64,000 nucleotides of DNA from Octopus sinensis (taxonomy: Eukaryota), in contig NC_042998.1 of NCBI RefSeq assembly GCF_006345805.1, positions 117,738,001 to 117,802,000 on the forward strand. The letters run 5' to 3'. Each line of letters begins with the position of its first letter. Position 1 is the stretch's first letter. The position numbers and the translations under genes were made by a program. Positions 29,035-43,687 of the stretch are shown one piece after another. The notes below the pieces were generated by a model. That model worked only from the letters and a program-made list of their open reading frames with translations, was not told the origin of the DNA and made no database searches.

Positions 29035-30029
29035 TCACAGTAATCTTTGGGGAAATGGTTTAGATACGGAGTATACATCTATGTGTGTTACTCTGGCACG
29101 CCATTACTGAGCACGTTTTAGAGTAGTACTTTTTGTATCACCATCAAATACCAGTTTACTATATTTATGTAACCATAACAAGTCAATATGACACTGTCTG
29201 TAAAAATGTATGCTTTGTACCAGTGTGGCACAATATCATCCATTTCATAGGTCTTTTCTTTTCATAAGGTTTCTGGACGACGGTTTCTTTGGTCTCACTG
29301 TTTATGTTTATAACTGGCGTTTGATACAGAGAAAATATCTTGTATTCCTGAATTCAAATAGCCACCCTGTTCTCTCATTTTATTCTCATTATAGTCTTTT
29401 TCTTCTTTTATGTCTCTTCATCCTTCCGTGAATGATGTGCTGCGATATTAATCGATTACCACATGTCTTTGAAGACTTCTGATCGGTTAACATTTAACCC
29501 TAACCGTTTCTTGTTCGTATCACCAAAGATACTTTCTATCTTACTTTGCCCTCTATGGGAGCAGGCTGGGTATATATTTATTTGTTTCCATTCCATGTAC
29601 CAAATGATGTAACAGAGCAATGGATTTTCCCCATATTCTTGACCAGGATAGCATGATTTCGTTTTTCGCCTTTCATTAAAATCTTCTGCATCTAAAAAGC
29701 GATGTTTTGCCATCATTCAAAGGGCCTATAAACTAAAGATAGTTTGCCAATATTCTTCCTTCATCCGTGATGCACAGTTAAATTTAGCCCATTTGGTATA
29801 ATTTTTATATTTATTCGTCTTAGATGACATCGTTCCTCAAGTGGTAATCTTTAAAAAGAAATATTCTTTTGAAAGATCTAATTGATCAGACGATTATACA
29901 CGTCGTTCTGCCAAGTAGTAGAATATATGGTATTGTCACTATTCCCTATATGTTAGCTGACAGCCACTTGGCAGAAAAACTGGATATGTGAGCATGTGCT
30001 AATATAAATGGACGGTTTGACTACTAAAG

Positions 30030-30337
30030 AGTAGTAGTAGTAGTAGTGGTGGTGGTGGTGCTGCTGCTGATGATGATGATGATGAAGGTGGTGCTGGTGC
30101 TGATGTTGCTGGTGCTAGTGCTTCTGCTGCTAGTAGTGGTAGTGGCGGTGGTGCTGGCGTTGTTAGTGGTGGTGGTGGTGATGGTGCTGGCGTTGGTGGT
30201 AGTTGTAGAGCTGGTGCTGATGGTGGTGCTGGTGCTAGTGTTGGTGGTGGTTGTGCTGGTGCTGGGCCTGGGACTGGTAGTGTCGGTGGTGTTGGTCGTA
30301 GTGGTGGGGACAGCAACAAAGGTAGATGCAGCAGCAA
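30030..30337. repeat. Compound trinucleotide repeat (TAG/TGG/TGC/TGA)
   Basis: Directly visible. Confidence 0.9.
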
Positions 30338-30601
30338 AGGTAATATTATGTCTCAAGAAGAAAATCAGAGAGTAGAATACTCCGGTCTCCCTCTCTATAG
30401 CTGGATATTGTGTAACATCAGCAATTCTGATTCCTGTTGACGTAGAGAACAGGACGTTAGGCAGCATGATCAAATGTTGTGGAACTGTCACTCTCAAAGT
30501 TATTATTCACTCTTTTAAGGGTGTATAAATAAATGACACATGCAGTGAAGTATATCACCTGAAAGCAATGAGACGTTTTTGCATCACCAATATTTCCAAT
30601 A

Positions 30602-30941
30602 TTAGCTAAGTTGAAAGGGATATTTATCTTGGTGTGTTTTGGGTGGCATAAACTGAAGAGCAGGTATTGTTGTGAGTCTGTATTTTTGTGGTAGACGTCT
30701 GTTGGGATTTGGTTGTTAGGTGTTTTTTTTATAATAAGGAGATCAAGGAAAGGGAGATGATGTTTGCTGAATTCCATAGTTAATTGAATGTTTGGATGTA
30801 TGTTGTTCAATTTGGTTTTGAATTCCAGAAGTTTTTCATAAGATTCTTTCAATATGATGATACAAACATCTAGGTATCTTTTCCAGTTTTCCATTGGGTA
30901 GATGTGGAAAAGGTGTCCAAATTTCTGACGTGATATCACAG
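30602..30941 (-). mobile_element. Penelope-like element RT C-terminal fragment (inverted)
   Basis: WKRYLDV, LNNIHPNIQLTMEFS..HLPFLDLLI and TDVYHKNTDSQQYLLFSLCHPKHTK are typical PLE RT and thumb motifs. Confidence 0.9.
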
Positions 30942-31843
30942 AGATAAATATCCCTTTCAACTTAGCTAAAACGGTATGCACCATTGTCTCGGATCCAAAA
31001 ACTCCAAAAATACGCTTTCAATACCTCAAAAAAGACTATTACAACGCCAATATCCCTCCACACTTATAGACTATGGAATTAAACGTGCCAAAGAACTAGA
31101 CAATAATACACTGAAAACTACCCAACACAGTAATACACCCAACCTCAAAATACTTCCATACATTTCCACCCACGATGCCAAAAGCGTCGAAGCATACACC
31201 ACAATCATACAAAACATCGAAGCATACACCACAATCATACAAAACATCGAAGCATACACCACAACCATACAAAACATCGAAGCATACACCACAATCGTAC
31301 AAAACATCCACAGACCAAAAAATGAATAAAATTATCAATACACATAAAATCCTTCAATGCAAAAGGCAACATAAATATTTGAAAACCTCTTAACAAATGC
31401 CAAACTTCACTCACCACATCCACCCTGATCAGTTAAAAAATGTGCACACCCTAACTGTGGTTACCTTCCCCTTCCTATTTGAAGGCTTTGAATTTACTTT
31501 CAAACAAGGAACAAAGTTTAAAATCGAGACCAACTTCTGCTCTTCCGAAAACCTCATCTACGTTCTCACATGCGCCGGTTGCCAACACAATTATGTTGGA
31601 CAATCGAGCCTTCCTTTACGCAAAAGAGTAGCAGTCCATAAAGAACAGATAAATCTCCCACAATACCGTGAAATTCCACCCAGTAGCCACATAGTCTCTT
31701 GCTGTAGAGATAAAAATCCCAAATTTCACATATTCCTTTTCTGTCAATGTAAAGACAGATTCTCTACACAAGAAAGAATCAACAAGAAAAGTCTTTTTAT
31801 TGAAAAATTCCAAAGGCGTCTTAATATGCAAACCCCACGATGA
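30942..31843 (+). mobile_element. Penelope-like element linker + GIY-YIG endonuclease (disrupted)
   Basis: LLQRQYPSTLID, LPYISTH and CSSENLIYVLTCAGCQHNYVGQSSLPLRKRVAVH. Confidence 0.9.
31179..31308 (+). repeat. 30-bp tandem repeat, ~4.3 copies, in frame (IEAYTTIIQN)
   Basis: Unit CAAAACATCGAAGCATACACCACAATCATA. Confidence 0.95.
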
Positions 31844-32499
31844 CCATAATCATTTTCCAGCGTTGTATCTGACAAAAAATTGTTATAAGCATCCTGTATG
31901 ACAAAAAATCCACCATTCCAATTAAAGAGCATAAAATTAACAGAATTGTCTCCCCTTACTCATAAGGACTGGGTAACTCCTACTCAATTTCCTGTATTGA
32001 CAAACAATCACCCTTCTTTTTCAAAATATAGACTACATTTAAAACACATGCATCCTAATACTCTAAAGAAGTTTTTTCCAAGGACTAATATTGAACTCTA
32101 AAAGCATAAAGACTCTACAATGTATTGCTAAACTTATTTATTAATTTCTGTATATATGTATTATTATTTTTTTGAAAAAAGCATTATACATTTCTTTTTC
32201 TCCTTCCTCAATTTAAAAAAAAACATTTTTCCCCTTCCAAATCTTAAACATTTGCCTTGCAATGAAAACCTGTTTAATTTATTATTTTTTTTTATTTTTC
32301 ATACACCTATCTTTATTAAAATTTAATTTCAATTTAGCATTCTGCCGTATAATTTTTCCTCTCTTATACATATATATATATATATATGTACAATTGAATA
32401 ATGCCACTCATGCATTAATTCATACATGTATATATATATATACGTGTATATTGAAATAGATACTATTTATATATATATGTGTGTGTGTGTGTTTGTGTA

Positions 32500-32610
32500 G
32501 GAACGGCCTTCTCACAAGTCCCTGGTGGGCCCGAGCTATGGTGGAAGACACTTGCTCAAGGTGCCATGCAGTTGAACTAAACCTGGAAAACCTGGAACCA
32601 TGTAGGTAAA
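32500..32610 (-). mobile_element. SINE head fragment (family of 20265-20668)
   Basis: GGCCCGAGCTATGGTGGAAGACACTTGCTCAAGGTGCCATGCAG matches 4470-4515. Confidence 0.7.
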
Positions 32611-32661
32611 AAGCAATCTCCTACGCTTTAAATATATATATATATATTTATAGATATATAT

Positions 32662-32928
32662 CACGTGATCATGTGACCGACCAGTCCATCAGATGTAGTT
32701 ACAGATCGCTGGTCACAATGCGTTCGCATTGTTTTAGCCTTTGAATGACCCCCACCCCGCTGGCTAAGCGAGCAGACCAACAGAAGAAAGAATGGGAGAA
32801 GAGTGGTGAAAGAATCCACCCCCTGCCGGAGCCTCGTAGAGCTGTTCCGTGTTTTCGCTCAATAAACAATCAGAACGCCCGGCCTGAGAATCGAAACCGT
32901 GATCCTGCGACCACTGGGCCATTGCGCC

Positions 32929-32930
<2 letters not shown>
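32662..32930 (-). mobile_element. tRNA-derived SINE (third family) between (TA)n tracts
   Basis: Reverse complement begins GGCGCAATGGCCCAGTGG (A box) ... GGTTTCGATTCTC (B box). Confidence 0.7.
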
Positions 32931-32976
<46 letters not shown>

Positions 32977-34257
32977 CATGTATACTAAATCATATATAAA
33001 TATGTGTGGGTGCATGTGCGTATGTGCATCTGTGCGTGTGTGTATGTGTGTGTGTGCGAATTACGGTTACATTCGTTTCATATTAAGAAAAGTAGGAAAA
33101 TGTCCTAGGAAACATTCTTCAAGTCAATCATATGGAGAATGGTAGCATTTATTCACAAATAACTGAAATTACATCCACCAATGCGTTGTTGAGCACTCAT
33201 TTTCGTCGTTTGAAACTTACGTATATATATATATATATATATACATACACTATATTGAGCTACCACTTATTTCTTGGTGGCACTCAATTATTCTTGAGGC
33301 ATGGCTATGTCTAAAGTTACTAAGCATACGAATTACATTCAATGCAGATTAGATGTTCTTATATCGCATTCCTCGTGAGTTTATCGGAAATAAACCACGT
33401 TAAATTCCGGTAAAACCAACAACAGTCCGGAAGTTAGTTTGCTGGCACTACAGTTTAAATGTTCAAGGTCAACACCTTTGGCTTTCTAAAGCTGTCAACC
33501 TATCACTTGTTACGTTCTACATGAGTAACATATCCCACTTTCCCGGTAACCATTTCGCCTCTACTTCCGTGTAAATTACTTAATACCGGAAATTTTGGCC
33601 TTTTCTTATTTACTTAATCTGATAAAACGGTTACATTACACCGTATTAAGAAGCGAAATAGCTGCGGTAATTTTCATGACGAAAATTCTCATTTGCCAGG
33701 CATGTTTTGCAAGATTTCTATGGCAACATTCTACACTATCATCTTTAAATGTGTTTCTGTGGAATGAATTAAGTACAAGCAAAGTGTGACATTAAGATAT
33801 TCGTAGGCGGGCGTTCATATTTATGAATATGTCTAATTGTTTAAATGTGTGCGTAATTATGTGTGAAACGTAATTTTAAAATATCAACTGTCAATTTCAA
33901 ATAGGCGTAATTCAGTTGTTTTCACATGTTAGTAGCTAGTATTCTTCATAGACATACAACTGCGTAATATGGAAGTGGAATCATTGTAATTTAGTGCGTT
34001 GAACTTCTATGCCATTATTTACTGGCGCAGTGTATCTGGGGAAGTTTGATATAGAATAAAGCTGCGGACTTTCACTGATAACGTTTGCGTCTTCCAGTAA
34101 ATATCACCTTTTCTAATAATACACATTTCAAACTGAAATTTCCATCATGAGGCATGCTTTCAAAATGTATTTATGTTTACATTTGCCCACACGAAAACGA
34201 AAATATTCACCTAAAGATATATGCATGAATCTACGTAATAAACATACATGTTTACAC

Positions 34258-34655
<398 letters not shown>

Positions 34656-34739
34656 ATTATCTCAGATTGGTTTCTGTATATTATCAACAAACCAGTACCA
34701 TTAAGATTTTTCTAACATTCGAAGAGAATGTATTGTGAA

Positions 34740-35725
34740 GCAACATGACGGTGGACTTAACCAGCGTAAAACATCACAAAACTCCTGGATTGCTCTTGCG
34801 ACATTCAGCTGACTGGAGCACCAAACGAAAACGTAATCGACAATATTATGCTCAGGTCGACGTCAGTTCTTTGGTAAGTGTTTCGATCAGTCAAGGGTCT
34901 TGCTGAAAATAATCTCAGTCGTAAGGCCGCTAATATCTCAGACCAAATCTAAATTACTCAGAGTACTTCTGAGAATGTATGCCGACCAACGTGGCCAAAA
35001 TAATTTAGCAAGTGGAAGCCAAACTGTTCTCCGACTAGCAAATATTCATAAAAGAAAGGAGTTAATAATTGAGATGGTACTGGAACACATAAGGTTCGGA
35101 TGAATCGAGAGCTGCATTACCTCCAGACTGCGAACATATTAGGGTCTGAGGACTACCCAATTGAGAGTTTGATTTAAATATGTTGCAACCAACTGTGAAA
35201 CAAGGCAGTTTTTTTCAGTTTGGGAGAGGGAGGAAATCTGTAGTATAGGTCGTTCGCAATTGGTCCGTTATCTTGACAGCATAAACTTGGGGGAAATATA
35301 TCGTTATTCTTCGAAGAGGATATCACCAAAATTACGAATGTTTGTCATCAAGCCAAAATAAAAAAAAATAAGCGACTGGCAGAAAGAAAAATAATACTAT
35401 AAACAGAAGTTCCTTGTCTCAATGTGCCTCTTGTTATGAACGCCATTGAAATCCTTTCGGACACACTGCACGGAGTAGTGCGACAAAAGCCATGAAAACC
35501 AGCTTCGGTGTAAGATTTTTTCAACATGTTATTTCAGCCTGAGCAGAAATTCCACAGACCACAATTTCTTAAATCATTAGTATGATTCCTGATCGGGTTA
35601 CACAATTTAAAACTGCACAAGTCTACAAAATACTACATTATGTATTCAAATGCATAGAATTGAATTAATGTGTTTTTATATCTAAAAAGGTGATGGTTCC
35701 TATTTACTTTTGAGAGGGTTGTGTG
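34740..35725 (+). mobile_element. Possible highly decayed Tc1/mariner transposase remnant
   Basis: MNAIEILSDTL at ~35436 resembles the SPDLNPIEHLWD motif, and the end resembles a Tc1 TIR (ACTTTTG..TGTG). No long ORF remains. Confidence 0.4.
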
Positions 35726-37887
35726 GACATTTATTTATATAGGTTAAAGATGTATATTTGTTTGTACAAATATCCATATATATGCATATAGTATTTCAGG
35801 TTTTCCAGTGTGGATTTATAAATTTCTTCCCATGAATATTAATCTTATATTCAGTGTTGTTGTTCCTCATATGGTAAATCTCTGACATTCTTTCTCGACG
35901 TTTGTGATAACTGGACGAAGGGACCAAATTGATTATTTTGGTTTGTTTGTTTCTTTCTTTATGGAATCAATTAGTCTATTTAGAGTCTAAATGGTAGATA
36001 GTGAGATTAGAATAATTTTAGATGTATATCGAAATGTACTGCTTGTAAGTCACATACATAATAGCCGCAATAACTGTCTGAATTAGCAATGTAATATGAA
36101 CATAAACATTGCAGTATATGTATGCATATATATATATGTGTGTGTGTGTTTGTGTGTGTGTGTGTTTGCGTGTGTGTGTGCGTGTGATTGTGTGTGTGTG
36201 TTTGTGTGTGTGTTTGTATGTGTGTGTGTGTGTGTTTTATATATACCATATTTTGCTATAGTATTCTCCCTTAAGATGGTCGCGTAGAGGTAAATAGTCA
36301 CCGGCTTGAAAACATGTAGAAGCGTTACATCTCTCTAAGATGAGCAATCATATTGAGAAAAGAGAACAGAGACGAATATGAAGCACTGTTGTATGGAAAT
36401 GCAACTTCGGCAAACCGAATAAATTGAAGTACTTTTGCTAACAGTCTCACAGTACAGTTATGTATATCGAATAAGCCTTAGTTGATGAATTTTTAAGTAA
36501 TCTTAAAGTTACACTGCATGGGAAATGAATGTCTGAAAACATGATTTTTCTCGGTGACGTTAGCAAAAAATAATTTTACTATATTTTGACCGCTACTACC
36601 TCATACTATGGTATTCATAATAATTCTATAAGATATTCTCTGTTGGCAGGTTTTCTTGTGCATTAAACGTAATTAAAATTTAAACTAACTTAAATGTGAT
36701 ATGATATATTTATTGCAATTATGGATGTAGAAACCACACACACACACATATATATATATATATGATTTTTGTTTATCCTTCCAATGGCCAATATTTTGTA
36801 TGCATGATTTCTGTTTTTAGACTCTATGTTAAATAATGTTTTCATCGAACAGGTATCGGAAACAATTTTATCCGATGTTATAGTGTCAATTCACACCTTG
36901 CGATTCATATTAACTATGACGTTAAATTGAATGCAACTATCTGTAAATATTCATGCCAAATGTTTATTCCTCCTGAATGAACAAAACAAGTATTAAAAAA
37001 TAAATGATATTCCGAACATTTGCATTTGCGTCCGACTTTGCATTTTTGGCAAAAGATTAGTCACGATTTGTGGAGATGAAGTATAAATAGCTAATTATAA
37101 GAAGCTATATTTCGAAACTGTTTTCTCTTCTATTTTTTAATAGCAGCTCCATCTTTTGGAGACAAAATAGTATTTGAATTCAGAATGCTCAGTGCGGGTA
37201 AACATACGGCAACTACCTCGTCTGACACACTAATACATTCTGCAATATACTGCTCCAAGGAGTGTAAGAGGAATTTCATCTTGATTGGATATATATATAT
37301 ATAGAATTGACTACCTCGACCCCGCAAGAAGACAAATTATTGATCTTCTTCTACAGAGGTGGAGAGGTAGAAAGGGTGGTGGAAAAACACTATAAAGGAA
37401 TACCTTTAACTTACACACGGGAATACGAATGACCTCCGCAGATAGCTATGGAGGCCATAACGTTGCCCGTGATACGTAGGCTGGAGGTACTTACAGAAGA
37501 ATATCGCTTGTGGCCGGGTGACGCCGATTCGAAGCGCGCTTTGGTTTTAAACGAGACGTGGGTAATGGCGGAGTATACGGGCACAAGTGATGTGAGAGGT
37601 TGAAAAACCTCAGTGTTATAATGTTTAAGTGTGTAAGAAGCTCAGCACCTCAATTTGTAAATGGACTATTAAGTTCAATAATTGTAAAACGGAAGTAAAA
37701 GGTTCAATACTTCAGTTTGTTTTTTCTGTAAAAAATATTGTTTTAGAGAAGCAAAAAGTCGGCGGGCCTTTTTTGTCTTCTCCCATTTATATCATTTTAT
37801 TTCATCATTACTCTCATCAAAGTTTCTGTCCAGCCCGCAAGCTACTCTGTATCATGCCTTTACGGTAATTTTTTTAAAAAATAAAGT

Positions 37888-38030
37888 AGCTTGCTTACCA
37901 ATCACATGTTTCCGGGTTCAGTCCCATTGCGTGGGAACTTGGGTAAATGTCTTCTACTATAGCGTCGGGCCGACCAAAACCTTGTGATTGGATTTGGTAG
38001 ACGGAAACTGAAAGAAGCCCGTCGTGTATA

Positions 38031-38087
<57 letters not shown>

Positions 38088-38309
38088 GTGTATATGCTTG
38101 TGTGCTTGTGTTTGTCACCCCACCATCGCTTGACAACCGATGTTGGTGAGTTCAGTCCCCGTAAATTAGCAGTTCGGCAAAAGGAACCGATAGAATAAGT
38201 ACAAGGCTTACAAACAATAAGTCCTGGGGTCGATTTGTTCGACTAAAGGCCGTGCTCTAGAATGGCCGCAGTCAAATGACTGAATCAAATAAAAGAATAA
38301 AAGAATAAG
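37888..38309 (+). mobile_element. SINE (family of 20265-20668), slightly 5'-truncated
   Basis: Colinear match that includes the internal (TA)n tract and the TAAAAGAA tail. Confidence 0.9.
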
Positions 38310-41300
38310 TAGGAATTGCTGTTCCTGACATTGCCACTGCTTTTATTGTGGTGGTGGTTGCCGTTGTTGTTCAATTTTGTGATATTGGATTGCATCAATT
38401 GATAGTTTCCACATATATTTAAGATGAACATCTTTCAAGCCTTGATTTAGTTTGTGTTCAGTATCATGTGCTAATTGATTTTGAACTTGTGAGATGGTTT
38501 TTGAACAATGCCTCTCAGTATATTTCAACTGAGTGAATTTAAATGAGAACAGTTTCTATGAACCCTTCGAAATAATATTAGTTTGAATCTATGTCTTGTT
38601 ATGCCTATCAAAACATGCATTTTCTTTATCGAAATGCTTACTTTTAATGAAATACTGGAGAAGTAATATTTTCCTTTATATATTTTAACATCTTCAATTC
38701 TGCGAGACAGAATTTTTATCAGACTAGTAGACGCCATTTATATGTGATTCAGTATGGAAAATTGCTTTGTTGAAGATTTGCATTGTTCGAGTATAAACAG
38801 GAACACTTTTGTATTTTATGTTCCTGTTATACTTCCTCGATTATACTTGCTTGATTATTGCTCTAAAAGTATATTAAATTATTTACATGCTGCGATATGC
38901 TTTTGAAGCTTGAATAATTTCTTTGAGTGTATGCATATGTGAGTGTCACGAATGTGTGTGTGTGTGTATTTTTTTTTTGAAATAAAGAAAAATATGTTTC
39001 GGTTTAAGAATTGAATAATTAGTAGTTAAATGATTATGTAATTAATGATAATTTTAGATTTCTAAAGCGTTATCTTGCACTGTATTACATATGTGAGTTT
39101 CTACCTCATTAGCAAAGAAGATTTTGATATCAGTAAATTACAAATTATGATTTCTATATGTATTATATAAATAAATATTCACACATGCATAAGCTTTAGA
39201 GGTACCCCTGAATTAGTTAATTTGTGTACATCATACACTATAGATATTGAGAAATGATGTAAGCATGTCTTTCAGAAACACTAATACAGCCGAGAGAATG
39301 AAGAGTTAATTTAAACACTGAAGGTATTATCTTCAACATTGCTGTCATATGGAGGATACTTCATATTCGTTTAAAGTCATGTCTTTTGAATGTCCCGATA
39401 TGATATGAATTTCATAATTTCCTTAAATTCTAAACATTTCATGTTGCGTTTCAGATCCATTAATCAACGCCGTTTAATGGTTGCCATAGCCTCAAGAATT
39501 ACATACGCCTGTGAGTAACAGTTATCAAATATTCTTCAAATTACATTCTTAAATTAGGAAGTGGTTTAGTAAATGTAATCGGTTCATATACCCTTAATAA
39601 CGGTGCAATCGTCACAATTGGAATGGTATTTACCAGTGTTGAATAGTAGCCAAACTACACAAGCAAAACAATGGCCTTGTCTGCTAAAAAATATTTGATG
39701 ATACTTGCGAATGCCGTTGCAACAGGTTGTACGTAGTTGGTATAGATGTTCCCGATGACCCTTTCGGTGGGGTAACAGGATCAAGGGACATATTTTTACA
39801 CTAAACAGTGGTTCACAACTTTTCCATCTCAGATAGCTTTTCCAAGAAACACAAAGAATATTTTAAAATTACCCTCTTCGCGTTGAAACGTAGAAACAGA
39901 ATAGAGACTGCTCCGCCATGTAGATATTTTTACGGCATTTTCAGAAAACATGTGACGATTCGTATAAGTAAGCTTTATTTGACCTCGTCACATCTTAAGT
40001 ATATTTGGCACTCATAATAGTAGATATTATTCATATGTTCAACATAAAGGTGATTAAAATATGTTGAAGGTATGTTTCAGCTGTCAGCATTGTATATGCA
40101 AGAAACTTACCACATCTCTAAATGACGTGTCTCTAGTATCCCCTTAAAAATACACACGTATATGTTGCATACAAAATGATTCTGAGGTGGTCTTATGTCT
40201 TACAATACACATTATAATGCAGAATGAAACTATACATACGTAATTAATTTATGTTGTATTAATCTCTATGTGCTTTACTACAAATAATACCGAAATGTCC
40301 CTAAAGACATTATATAATTTAGTCGATGCTACAGTACGCTTTAAGCAAAATCAGGAGGTTCAAAGCTAGAAAACCTTTCATCATAGGTTTGCTGTATCAA
40401 ATCTGGCATGAAGCCAAACAACAAAAGTAGAGTTGTCAATATATAATGCATTTGTTGATGTCTGCATTTATGCAAACGATCGAAGGAACTTGCTACCTCT
40501 ATTTTAAATTGGTTAAAATAAATTTTCCTTGTAAATGTTTAACAGTGTTATGTTCCACATAAGCATTCAACATCTGATTCCAACTACGAGACGCCTACAT
40601 AGAGAAGTTGAATTTTCCTGGAAAAATCGGGTATAACTTTATTGAATTTGCCATTGCCGCTTGTATGCTATCGTATGCGTCTATTACAAGAGAAAACATC
40701 AAGAAATTTCAACGAAATGCTGAACGGTTCCAAATGAAGAACTGTAGTTTAGCTACTTAACAGGTTTTGGTGGATATCTTTATATGTACGTGAAGATTCT
40801 CTGTCGTTAATATTGGTATTAACGATAATTAAAAAAGACAATTTTTATACACAGTTTGTTATTAATACTACTGCAGTCGCTATTAATTAATTAACTTTTA
40901 AAATTCATACAGAAGTAAAATTTGAAACATTTAAAAACCAGTAATATAATATGAAAAAAAATTGAAATTACAACAGCTGACGAACGGATGCGTTAACTGA
41001 TAAAATAATATTCCATACTGAATGGAATTGTAGATGTATACTGTAGATGTAAATCACTGGATTGTAGATGAAAATGTTTCATGCTTACATTATATATTAA
41101 ATATAGTCTGCCATTCCAACGATATTGCGATGTACTTTTCTTGTTACACATGTGGATTTTCGGCACATACTGTTACAACTCTATTCTTTTGAAGTTGTGG
41201 CATTAAACAAATATTATTTCTTTTTTTTCTTTTTGTCGAGTATTTCGACTACAGTGATACACATACCACATATGTCAGTAATACTGTTATTTATATAACG

Positions 41301-41954
41301 TGTGAAAGATTATGTCTTTCAAAGTGAACAATACCTAAGGTCGCATCTACTCACATTAACAATGTGTTTCTGTTTACAAACACTCTTACACTTAGAACGT
41401 AAGGAATATTGATATAATACGTTTTGGAATCTCAAACTTTGCTTCTGGTTTAAAACACATTTGCATTCAATTAATCGTTTTAATACAATGCAGTATTTCT
41501 CTAATACATTATTTTATAGCAACCGAAGGAGTGTATATGGTCTACCTCGAATCTAGAAATCTAAAAGAACACAATGAAATGTTCATATATGCTCAGGATA
41601 TGTTACTGAAGTATCTGCTAATGCAGCGATCAATTAATATTACTGGAAGTGATTATATAGCTATTTAATATGCTGTCATTCATCAAGAGAAATTTATCTC
41701 TAGAATTATATAACATGTGGCCTGTATTCCTGAGCGTCCTATTATTTTAGATCATTGTGTGAATGAGGAAGTAGATAAACATGAAAGGTATTGGTAATAA
41801 TGGTACCGATACTCGATTAAAACATTATACAAATTTTGTTATAAGCATAAATATAAAGATTTACAGAAAAAGGTGCGATGTAAAACTCACCATAGACACT
41901 AGATTACCTAGAAGATTGTTTTGATATATTTTGTATTCGCATCATAGAGTGAAG

Positions 41955-43582
41955 TGCATAGTATGATATGCCACAAACTGTGTGATCTCGGCATAACTGG
42001 AAAACTTAGAGAGTGGTTACATGACTTTCTGAAAGATAGAAGTCAGGCAGTAGTGGTCAATGGAGCCGCCTCATTGAGCGGTGTTCCACAGAGAACTGTC
42101 TTGGGACCACTGCATTTCATAGTGGCCCTCTCAGATATGCCCTCAACTGCCCGGATAGCCACCCTTGCTAGCTACGCAGACAGTACAAAAGTCTCACAAA
42201 AAATACAAAACCCCAACGACGTTGCACATCTGCAGCAGGGGTTGGACTCAATTTACAGATGTGCTGAAGATAATATTCAATTCAATACTGAACAATTTTA
42301 GGCCCTGCGCTACCAGTGTCCAAAACTGAATATGAAACTTACAGGGTACGCTGGTCCACAGGGAATTACAATCTCCGAGCCGAAATCAGTGAGGCACATC
42401 GTTATTGACAGGAGTGGTGATACCTCTTTCCAAGTGCACATTACCAGGATGGCAACAAAGTGCAGACGACTGGCTGGATGGATCCTAAGAACATTCAGAA
42501 CCAGAGATAAGGAAACCATGATGGTCCTCTGCAGGACATTCGCCCTGAGCCGCCTGGATTACTGCCCCCGGCTATGGTCACCCAACAGTGTAAAATTAAC
42601 AGCGGACCTTGAAGCAATCCAGCGAAGCTCACAGAGAAGATCATCTCTTTGCAACAGCTCAGCTACTGGGAAAGACTGAAACAGCTAAGGCTCTATTCCC
42701 TGGAGCGAAAGCGGGAGAGGTATGCAGTAATATACATCTGGAAGATCCTAGAAGATATTGTGCCAAAATATGGCATTGAAAGCTATACCAATGCCAGCAC
42801 GGGTCGGCACTATACAGTGGCAAATATTCCAGCAATGCCATTGCGCTTCAGGACCAGTTACTGCAACAGCCAGTGTTTCAGGGGCCCACAGCTTTTCAAT
42901 ATTATCCCAAAGAGCCTGAGGGGGATCTTTTCGGTTTGAACGGCAGTTTTTAACGTAATTTCTAGGTAACTAAAAAATTTCAAACTTCGTATACTGACAG
43001 AATGTGTTTATAAAACATCTTTTTTCTCTTGGCTTTATTGAGAAAATTCTATAGTTTGTAAGATATTTGTTGTTTTTTCTTCAATTTCTGCAATTTCAAC
43101 CAAACATATTACGTCTACTGAGCTGAAAATTTTCTGTGCCGTATGAATATGTCTCTCGTTTGAGAAACAGATTGGGCTTCTTTACATTTGTGAAGAAAAA
43201 AAGACACCCTTCCCCCCCAACCCTAACCCTAACTAACCCTAATCCTAAAACAGATTGAAATGCAATAGATCGTTACTAGGGTCATAATTATGGGTGACAA
43301 TTTCATATGACACCGCTAGAAAAAACTGCCGTTCAAATCGAAAAAGATCCCCTGAGGGACATGCACAAGTAGATGTAGGCGTTTTAAAATCAAGGCTAGA
43401 CCACATCCTGTTGAGAGTCCCAGACGAACCTACCTCACAGCAAGAGGTGCAAATGAGGGTAGCTACATCAAACTCCATTCTTCACCAAGTGCGACATATT
43501 AGAGAAGGATCTCAGTAATAACAGTGTAACAAAACGGCAGTGCTCCAGCATGGCCACAGCTTTGAGCTGAAACTACAAAAAA
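41955..43582 (+). mobile_element. 5'-truncated CR1/L2-group LINE (RT C-terminal half + 3' tail), interrupted by a MITE
   Basis: SGVPQRTVLGPLHF, YADSTK, SRLDYC..WSP and LSYWERLKQLRLYSLERKRERY. Confidence 0.9.
42923..43350. mobile_element. Merlin-like MITE with a telomere-like (CCCTAA)n patch
   Basis: TIRs GGATCTTTTCGGTTTGAACGGCAGTTTT / AAAACTGCCGTTCAAATCGAAAAAGATCC; perfect 8-bp TSD CCTGAGGG. Confidence 0.85.
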
Positions 43583-43655
43583 TAGTGTAAATACACACAC
43601 ACATATAAATAGAAAGGGAGAAAGAGAGAGCGCGACACAGAAAGATAAATATACG

Positions 43656-43687
<32 letters not shown>

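Noticed and set aside
29999-30497. Pro-rich, Thr-rich (mucin-like) and Val/Leu-rich ORFs
   Set aside because: All frames are open because of a trinucleotide repeat; there is no splice or domain support.
31179-31308. CRISPR-like 30-bp periodicity
   Set aside because: Head-to-tail repeats without spacers, inside a eukaryotic retroelement.
33380-33620. CpG/CCGGAA-rich patch that resembles a promoter (also 37400-37600)
   Set aside because: There is no associated exon or ORF; it could equally be an unrecognised repeat.
36264-36322. Hammerhead-like CUUAAGAU-GGUCG..CGGCU-UGAAAACAUGUA
   Set aside because: The core is mutated, stem I is weak and there is no second copy to confirm it.
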